A DNA stretch of 64,000 bases from Candidatus Latescibacterota bacterium. GTDB taxonomy: Bacteria; Latescibacterota; UBA2968; UBA8231. The position numbers and the translations under genes are program-made. This document shows, piece by piece, positions 58,044-64,000 of this stretch (the stretch's first letter is position 1; every line of letters starts with the position of its first letter). The DNA lies in contig OZ241867.1 in the NCBI GenBank assembly GCA_965203175.1, positions 4,576,001 through 4,640,000 on the forward strand. Reading direction: 5' to 3'. Under the pieces are notes generated by a model that was not told the origin of the DNA, made no database searches, and was given only the letters and a program-made list of their open reading frames with translations.

Positions 58044-59072
58044 TCATTCCGACCGCGTGGCGAGCCATTCGACGGCGGCTTGCCGCCGCGCCTTTGGCGT
58101 AGTCGCACCCGCTGGCAAGCGATGCAATTCCCAAGCGATCTCGTGCGTCAAAGTCTCGCCCACCTGCAAATAGACCCAAGGGCTTAACAGTTCTAGCTCG
58201 GTGTAATCCGGGCAGGTATAGACCTCGGCGCTCAGGCCCCCGTCCGGGTAGCGCTGGGTCCCATCGCGGCGAAAGAACTCGGCCATGACCACATCGCCGA
58301 CAATGCCTGCCAGCCAGCGGTCCGAGTCGGCCCCGGTCTTCTGCGCCTCCTCCGGGTCGGGCACAAAAATGCCAATGTCGCCCTCGATAGTGAAGTTGCG
58401 CATAGCCGCGCCCTCGGCAAAGCCAAAGGGATGATAGCGCAGATCGAAGTGGCTGTGTGGGTTGAGCGGATAGAGGGTCTGCTCGGGCGGCTGGATCTGG
58501 GTGACGTTCCAGATGGTGTAGCGCAACGGCTCGACCTTGGCATCGGCCAGCTTTTCGATCCGCTGATGAATTTCCACGCGTGTACCCTGTTCCGCCAAGC
58601 GGATTTCGCGTACGCTGCGCGCCCCATTGTACTCGCTCACCGGACTGGAGATCACCACCCCCTCGGGCAGCAACTCAACCTCGTGTACCGCGCCGTCGAA
58701 AGCGTGGTCGGGCGGCCAAGAGTGGCCGTTGATTTTGACAAACTCGCTCTGCTGATTGGGCCAGACCTTGTCGCCGCCAAAGTTGGTCCATACGTACTGG
58801 TCTTCCTCATCGACGTTGGGTTGGCCGTCGGGCAACACCTGACCGTGGAACTCGGGATCGGACCAGAGGATGTTTTCGCCTCCGATGAACCCGTAGTGCA
58901 TGATGCGACCAACGGCCGGAACCACGACTACGCGCACATCGGGATTGGCAATTTCAATCGATCTCGCCCAACCCTCATACTCGGTTTCCTCAACTGTAAC
59001 TTGGGCCATCACGGGCGCAGCCAGCGCCGCCAACATAACGCACTGCAACAATTTCATTTTCTGCTTCCTCAT
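58044..59072 (-). CDS. Secreted DUF4380-like (galactose mutarotase-like fold) protein
   Basis: Signal peptide, YEGW…VVPAVGRIMH…NFGGDKVWP…YTELELLSP. Confidence 0.65.
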   Translation of the reverse strand: MRKQKMKLLQCVMLAALAAPVMAQVTVEETEYEGWARSIEIANPDVRVVVVPAVGRIMHYGFIGGENILWSDPEFHGQVLPDGQPNVDEEDQYVWTNFGGDKVWPNQQSEFVKINGHSWPPDHAFDGAVHEVELLPEGVVISSPVSEYNGARSVREIRLAEQGTRVEIHQRIEKLADAKVEPLRYTIWNVTQIQPPEQTLYPLNPHSHFDLRYHPFGFAEGAAMRNFTIEGDIGIFVPDPEEAQKTGADSDRWLAGIVGDVVMAEFFRRDGTQRYPDGGLSAEVYTCPDYTELELLSPWVYLQVGETLTHEIAWELHRLPAGATTPKARRQAAVEWLATRSE

Positions 59073-60199
59073 CTGAGCGCCGAAACCCCGCCGCCTTTGA
59101 GAGCACGGGCGACTTCTTTTTCGACATCATCTCGCGAGACCATGGTAGTGTCGCCAATGCACTCCTGCACCAAGATGCCGTGGGCGGCTCCCCACTGCAC
59201 CGCATCGGCGGCCCCCCGACCGTCGAGCAACGCCGCGATCACACCCGAGGCAAAGGAATCGCCGCCGCCAGTGCGATCGGCGATTTCAATATTTTCGCGC
59301 ACGGCCGCCTGGTAGATTTCGCCCTCCTCGACATCGAAGAGCACTGCGCCCCAGTTGATGCGATCCGCGGTCAGCGCGCCGCGCAACTGGGTGCCGATGT
59401 ACTTGAGGTTCGGATAGTCGTTGGCGACTTGGTGCAACATCTTGGTGTATATCGCCAACCACTGATCGAAACTGGCGTCTTTGGCCACCTTTTCGGTTTC
59501 GTAGCCCAGCGCGTCGTCAAAGTCGTCCTGATTGCCGACGAGGAACTCAACGTGCGGCACAATAGAGCGATTGATCTGGCGGGCGCGTTCTTTGTCCGGC
59601 TCCACCTTGGAGCGGTAGTTGAGGTCAAAAGAGCGGCCTGCGCCGTGCTCGCCGGCTTTCTGCATGGCCTCTAGCGCCAGCGCGGCCGTCTTCTCCGAGA
59701 GCAAGGTGTAAATCCCGCCGGTACTAAACCACCGCGTTCCCAACTCGCCGAAGAGGTGGTCCCAATCCACATCGCCAGGCCCGATTTCTCGCACTGGGGC
59801 ATGGGCGCGATAGTACTCGGTCACCGAAGGCAAGAGGCCCTTACCGGCCCAAGTAAAGTTGATCCCGTTGTGCAAAGTCCCCTTGGCGTCGGTGCTAAAT
59901 TGTCCCTTACCGCTGTTGTTAAACCAGATGATATGACCAGTGTCCAGTCCAGCTTCGCGCAGTTGGTTTTCAATGTTGCGGCCAATCCCGTCGTCCACAA
60001 GAGCCGTGATGACGGCGGCGCGCAAACCAAAGCAATAACTCAAGCCCTCGGCGACGTTGGTCTCGCCACCCCCGTGCCAGATCCGGGCGGTGCGCGCCCG
60101 GGCCGTGGGCACTTGGCCAGGATCGATGCGCATGAGGACTTCGCCTAGAGCGATGGCGTCGTAGTGGGTCTGGTCTGCTGATTTGAGTTGGATGGTCAT
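59069..60199 (-). CDS. PfkB family sugar kinase (2-keto-3-deoxygluconate kinase-like)
   Basis: LGEVLMR, GGGETNVA, SFDLNYR, DRTGGGDSFASG. AAGGAGG RBS before ATG 60199. Confidence 0.9.
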   Translation of the reverse strand: MTIQLKSADQTHYDAIALGEVLMRIDPGQVPTARARTARIWHGGGETNVAEGLSYCFGLRAAVITALVDDGIGRNIENQLREAGLDTGHIIWFNNSGKGQFSTDAKGTLHNGINFTWAGKGLLPSVTEYYRAHAPVREIGPGDVDWDHLFGELGTRWFSTGGIYTLLSEKTAALALEAMQKAGEHGAGRSFDLNYRSKVEPDKERARQINRSIVPHVEFLVGNQDDFDDALGYETEKVAKDASFDQWLAIYTKMLHQVANDYPNLKYIGTQLRGALTADRINWGAVLFDVEEGEIYQAAVRENIEIADRTGGGDSFASGVIAALLDGRGAADAVQWGAAHGILVQECIGDTTMVSRDDVEKEVARALKGGGVSALR

Positions 60200-60240
60200 A
60201 CTACCGTCTTCCTCCTTGATTGTTTGTATAATTTTCTCGG

Positions 60241-61107
60241 TCATAGCTGCACCCGCACTCGGCTCTTTTTCACCAGAGATTTCTCCAGCGCTTCCAACAC
60301 TGCCACCGGCCCCAGCATGGTCTGTGCGGTCTCGTCGGTTTTGCCCGTGCGGAACATGGCGCAAAAATCGCGGATGCCGCTCAGATACGAGCTTTCGTCG
60401 AATGTGATCGGCTCGTCCATGCGGCCCTTTTCGCCGATGGCGCTCAAGTGGAAACCGGGCGCAGCCCCCCCCACCAAGTTCAGGGTAGCTACGCAGCCGT
60501 CGCGGTACGTGAGGATGGCCGTGTGGTTGGCCCCAACTCCGCGATGGATCTCGGCCCAGCGTATGTCCGGGCCGAGCAGGCGCAGCACCATATCTACTTG
60601 GTGAATACCGTAAAAAAAGACGCCGCCCCACTTCGACTTGATGTCGCAGGAGCCAGTGGAGACCAAGGCCTGAATGGGGCCGAGCTGGCGCATCTTTTTG
60701 GCAAAGGCCCGGTACGAAGCCTGTTTGGGCAGCGTAGAAAAAGAACAGACCGGCACGTCCAACTCCGCAGCCCGCGCCAAAAAGCGCTTCCCCTCGGCCT
60801 GGCGGTAGCAAAACGGCTTGTCTATAAAAAGCGGGATCTTGGCCTCTAGAAGCGGTCGGGCCGCTGGCAGGTGCTCCTTGCCGTGGCGGTGATCGACCAC
60901 CGCCGCATCGACTTGGCCGATCAGCTCTTCAGGCGTGCGAACGATGTGCGGGATTTGACCGGCGGCAGCAGCAGCTTGCGCGTATTGGGCGGCCTCACCC
61001 CACACGTGGGTCACTCGCACCCCGCGCACCCTTTTTTCGACGTTGAGTACCTTGGCAATAGCTGCCGTGTGGCTGTTTTCCGCCCCAACGATGCCGATGT
61101 TTAGCAT
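60241..61107 (-). CDS. Gfo/Idh/MocA family oxidoreductase
   Basis: IGIVGAENSH, FIDKPF, FFYGIH. Confidence 0.85.
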   Translation of the reverse strand: MLNIGIVGAENSHTAAIAKVLNVEKRVRGVRVTHVWGEAAQYAQAAAAAGQIPHIVRTPEELIGQVDAAVVDHRHGKEHLPAARPLLEAKIPLFIDKPFCYRQAEGKRFLARAAELDVPVCSFSTLPKQASYRAFAKKMRQLGPIQALVSTGSCDIKSKWGGVFFYGIHQVDMVLRLLGPDIRWAEIHRGVGANHTAILTYRDGCVATLNLVGGAAPGFHLSAIGEKGRMDEPITFDESSYLSGIRDFCAMFRTGKTDETAQTMLGPVAVLEALEKSLVKKSRVRVQL

Positions 61108-61108
61108 C

Positions 61109-61933
61109 TTACTCTTCCCCAAAATTCCACAACTTCAACACCGTCTTGCCCATCACCCACTCCAGATCCTCCGGCGCGATGAACTTCATCTCGTCGCGCA
61201 CCACCGTTAGGGGCTGGGAGTATTCGGCCAGCGACAGGCACACCGGCCAATCCGTGCCCCACATAATGCGCTGCGGCCCAAAGGTTTGATACACTTCCTC
61301 GACCATCCCGTGCGTATCGGCCCAGGGATAGCCTTGCTTGGACAGCGACCAAGTGTGGCTGATCTTGACGTACACGCGGGGGTAGCGGGCCATATCCATC
61401 AGCAATTGCCGCTCTTCTGGGTTGTCGGGATGGGCGCTGGCCATGTGGTCGATGCAGCAATCCACGTCCGGATAGCGGTCGAGAATCCGCGCCAAATCCG
61501 GCATCCGACTCGCTCCGGTCAGGATCAGCATCGGTATCCCCAAATCCTGGGCGCGTGCAAAAATCGGATCCATCCCCGGCCCCTTGAACCAATCGCCGCT
61601 TGCATCCCGCGACGGCGAGAGCCGCATCCCGTGCAGGCCGTGCTCCTCCGTCCACATCGACATGTGGTCGGGCGAGGCTGGGTCTTCGGGATTGATGCGT
61701 CCTACGGCCATGAAGCGGTCGGGATATTGCTTGATGACGTGGGCAACATAGCTGTTGTCCCAGCGGTAGTGGATGACCTGTACCAGCACGGTCTTTTCCA
61801 CCCCGTTGGCGTCCATCAGCGCCAGGAGTTCCTCGGCGGTGTGGTCTTCGGCGGGCGGATTGGGGTTTTCCGCTGGCCAAGGAAAGGCCGGATCGTTGAT
61901 CCATACGTGTACGTGAGGGTCGATAATGCGCAT
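61109..61933 (-). CDS. Amidohydrolase_2 family protein (sugar lactonase-like)
   Basis: IIDPHVHVW, IDHMA, YVKIS, RIMWGTDWP. Confidence 0.9.
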   Translation of the reverse strand: MRIIDPHVHVWINDPAFPWPAENPNPPAEDHTAEELLALMDANGVEKTVLVQVIHYRWDNSYVAHVIKQYPDRFMAVGRINPEDPASPDHMSMWTEEHGLHGMRLSPSRDASGDWFKGPGMDPIFARAQDLGIPMLILTGASRMPDLARILDRYPDVDCCIDHMASAHPDNPEERQLLMDMARYPRVYVKISHTWSLSKQGYPWADTHGMVEEVYQTFGPQRIMWGTDWPVCLSLAEYSQPLTVVRDEMKFIAPEDLEWVMGKTVLKLWNFGEE

Positions 61934-62076
61934 TGAGCATCCTTTCTGAAAAGTGTCGGCGATAACATGCGAAAAAGGGCCGCGCCCGTCCAGCGATGCA
62001 CCGCTTGCGAGGCCGCGTCCAGCCGCCTAGATTGACCGTCACCTTTCTTCACTCTATGGCCCACAGGAGACCTGTC

Positions 62077-63645
62077 TTGTTCGACTTGATCATTCGCAAC
62101 GGCACCATCATCGACGGCACCCGCGCCGACCGCTATCCCGCGGATATTGGCCTCCGCGCCGACCGCATTGCGGCCATCGGCGATCTCGGCGACACCGAAT
62201 CACAGCACAGCATCGACGCCCAAGGCAAAATCGTCGCCCCGGGCTTTGTCGATGTCCACAACCACTCCGACGGCTGGCTCTTGCAAAAGCCCAACTTCCT
62301 CCCCAAGACCCTCCAAGGCTTTACCACTGAAGTTCTCATGGCCGACGGCATCTCCTATGCCCCAGTTGACACCACCACTCGTGCCCACTGGCTCTACTAC
62401 ATGCGCTCCCTCAACGGCCTAATGCAAAGCCACTATTCAGGCTGGGAAAGCCTCGCCGATTACATGCAGCTACTCGATGGCCGCACCGCGCAAAACACCA
62501 TCACCCACCTCCCCTACGCCCACCTGCGGGCCATAGCCTGTGGCTGGGACCGCCGCGTCCCCGACGATGTGCAGATGGAAGAGATCCTCGCTGGAGTCGA
62601 GCGCGGCATGGCCGAAGGCGCGGTCGGCATGTCAACCGGACTCGATTACATCGCCGAATGCTTTGCCACCACCGACGAACTCGTCGAAGCCTGCACCGCC
62701 ATGGCGGCCCAACAGGGTCTCTACGCCACCCACGTGCGCTACAAAAAGGGCACTCTCGCTGGCGTGCAAGAGGCCGTCGAGATCGGACGGCGCGCCGGGG
62801 TTCCAGTCCACATCTCCCACTTCAAGGGCACCTCTCCCCAGCAGATCGACGAACTGCTATCGTACGTGGATCAAGTCGCAGTCAACGAGGTGGACTTCAG
62901 CTTCGATGTGTACCCGTATCTGCCCGGCTCGACCATGCTCAACTTCATGTTGCCCTATGAGGTGTGGGAGGACGGCCCATTGGGCGTCTTGCCCAAACTC
63001 AACGATCCCGTAATCCGCCGCCGCTTCGCCCGCGTCCTCGACCGCTACGCCAACCCCCTCAACCGGATGACCATTGCCTGGCTGCCCGGGCGGGACAACG
63101 CCCGCTTTATCGGCCGCACCTTAGACGAATACGTCCAACAGGCCGGTGCCCCCCCAACCGACGCGCTCTGCGATCTGCTGATCGAGGAAAATTTGGCGGT
63201 CCTCCTCGTCTTTCACCACGGCGACGACGCCTTGGTGCATCCCTTCTTGTCGCATGAAAAATACATGCTGGGCAGCGATGGGATTTACTTCCCCGACGGC
63301 GCGGTTCACCCGCGTTTATACGGATCGGCAGCCCGCTTGTTGGGGCCTTGCGTGCGCGACCACAAACTTTTCTCGCTCGAAGACGCGGTGTACAAGCTAA
63401 GCGCCCACCCGGCATCGCGGTTTGGACTAACACAACGGGGTCAAATTACCGAAGACTTCTACGCGGACTTAGTCGTCTTTGACGCAGCCACTGTTGCGGA
63501 CCGCGCCACCTACTCCGACCCCCACCAGTACTCGATCGGCGTCGAGCACGTCCTCGTCAACGGGGTTCCCATCGTCCGCAACGGATGCGCAGTCGAAGAC
63601 TTAGGGCCGATTTGGCCGGGCCGCTACCTGAAGTTCAAGGCCTGA
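62077..63645 (+). CDS. N-acyl-D-amino acid deacylase (D-aminoacylase) family
   Basis: PGFVDVHNHSD, GMSTGLDY, HISH, DVYPY, GSDG…HPRLYG, ADLVVFD. TTG start after AGGAG. Confidence 0.9.
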   Translation: MFDLIIRNGTIIDGTRADRYPADIGLRADRIAAIGDLGDTESQHSIDAQGKIVAPGFVDVHNHSDGWLLQKPNFLPKTLQGFTTEVLMADGISYAPVDTTTRAHWLYYMRSLNGLMQSHYSGWESLADYMQLLDGRTAQNTITHLPYAHLRAIACGWDRRVPDDVQMEEILAGVERGMAEGAVGMSTGLDYIAECFATTDELVEACTAMAAQQGLYATHVRYKKGTLAGVQEAVEIGRRAGVPVHISHFKGTSPQQIDELLSYVDQVAVNEVDFSFDVYPYLPGSTMLNFMLPYEVWEDGPLGVLPKLNDPVIRRRFARVLDRYANPLNRMTIAWLPGRDNARFIGRTLDEYVQQAGAPPTDALCDLLIEENLAVLLVFHHGDDALVHPFLSHEKYMLGSDGIYFPDGAVHPRLYGSAARLLGPCVRDHKLFSLEDAVYKLSAHPASRFGLTQRGQITEDFYADLVVFDAATVADRATYSDPHQYSIGVEHVLVNGVPIVRNGCAVEDLGPIWPGRYLKFKA

Positions 63646-64000
63646 TTAGTACTTGCTCATCTGCCCGCCGTTCCAACACTCGGCCGTCTCGCCTTTGGGG
63701 TTGAGGAGCGTAGCCGAGAGCTTGCCCAGCTTGACCCAGACCGTCTTACCAACGTAGATCCAGCACCAAGAGCAATGCTCTTTGGGGTCGAGCAACCAGA
63801 CGTCTCCGTCCGGCAACCGCACCAACAAGCCCCCCTCGGCAAAGCGGCGCATCAGGTGCGCCTCCACATAGCCCCCCTCGGCCAAAAGCTGCGCGGCTTT
63901 GGGCGAGGGTTCCGGGGATGTTGTAGCCGGCGCGGCGATCAGCGCACAGCCCCCGATTAACACGGCGCAGATGACCGCCCCATGCAGCTTATGTATTACA
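63646..64000 (-). CDS. Hypothetical secreted or lipoprotein; 5' end probably beyond the window
   Basis: Frame open to the window edge, hydrophobic stretch with LIGGC, and a CSWC motif. Confidence 0.5.
   Translation of the reverse strand, partial: VIHKLHGAVICAVLIGGCALIAAPATTSPEPSPKAAQLLAEGGYVEAHLMRRFAEGGLLVRLPDGDVWLLDPKEHCSWCWIYVGKTVWVKLGKLSATLLNPKGETAECWNGGQMSKY

Overview
A gene-dense, GC-rich bacterial chromosome segment of about 60 CDS and 2 tRNAs (Tyr-GTA, initiator Met). I see no integrase, transposase, prophage or CRISPR array. The organism is a diderm (lnt, autotransporter, lipoproteins). A Bacteroidetes-type short sigma70, many Gfo/Idh/MocA, PhyH, amidohydrolase and DHDPS paralogs, and a CRTAC1/ASPIC-UnbV protein suggest a Latescibacterota- or Poribacteria-like heterotroph, possibly a marine invertebrate symbiont (inference only). 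Layout: sugar-acid catabolic genes (1-8.8 kb); an uncharacterised envelope module with two coiled-coil proteins and a divergent ExbB/ExbD-like pair plus a lectin-like membrane protein (8.9-12.9 kb); argG, mdh, sigma factor, tRNA-Tyr, hemW and lepA (15-26 kb); a sulfotransferase, a 2793-aa autotransporter adhesin with about 24 Ig-like domains including five near-identical 855-bp tandem repeats, and an HNH nuclease (26-35.8 kb); rpsT and a cysM-mec-cysO-cysK sulfur-carrier cluster; aspS, a lipoprotein, a LysM protein, phoH, a 7TM-HD protein, ybeY, corC, tRNA-fMet and lnt (39-49 kb); and a second long catabolic cluster (49-64 kb). The best candidates for undescribed biology are the ExbBD-like motor lacking the canonical Asp, the adhesin locus, the HNH nuclease with clamp-binding-like motifs, and an Lpp-like lipoprotein/LysM pair. 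All calls come from motif recognition by eye; no searches were run.
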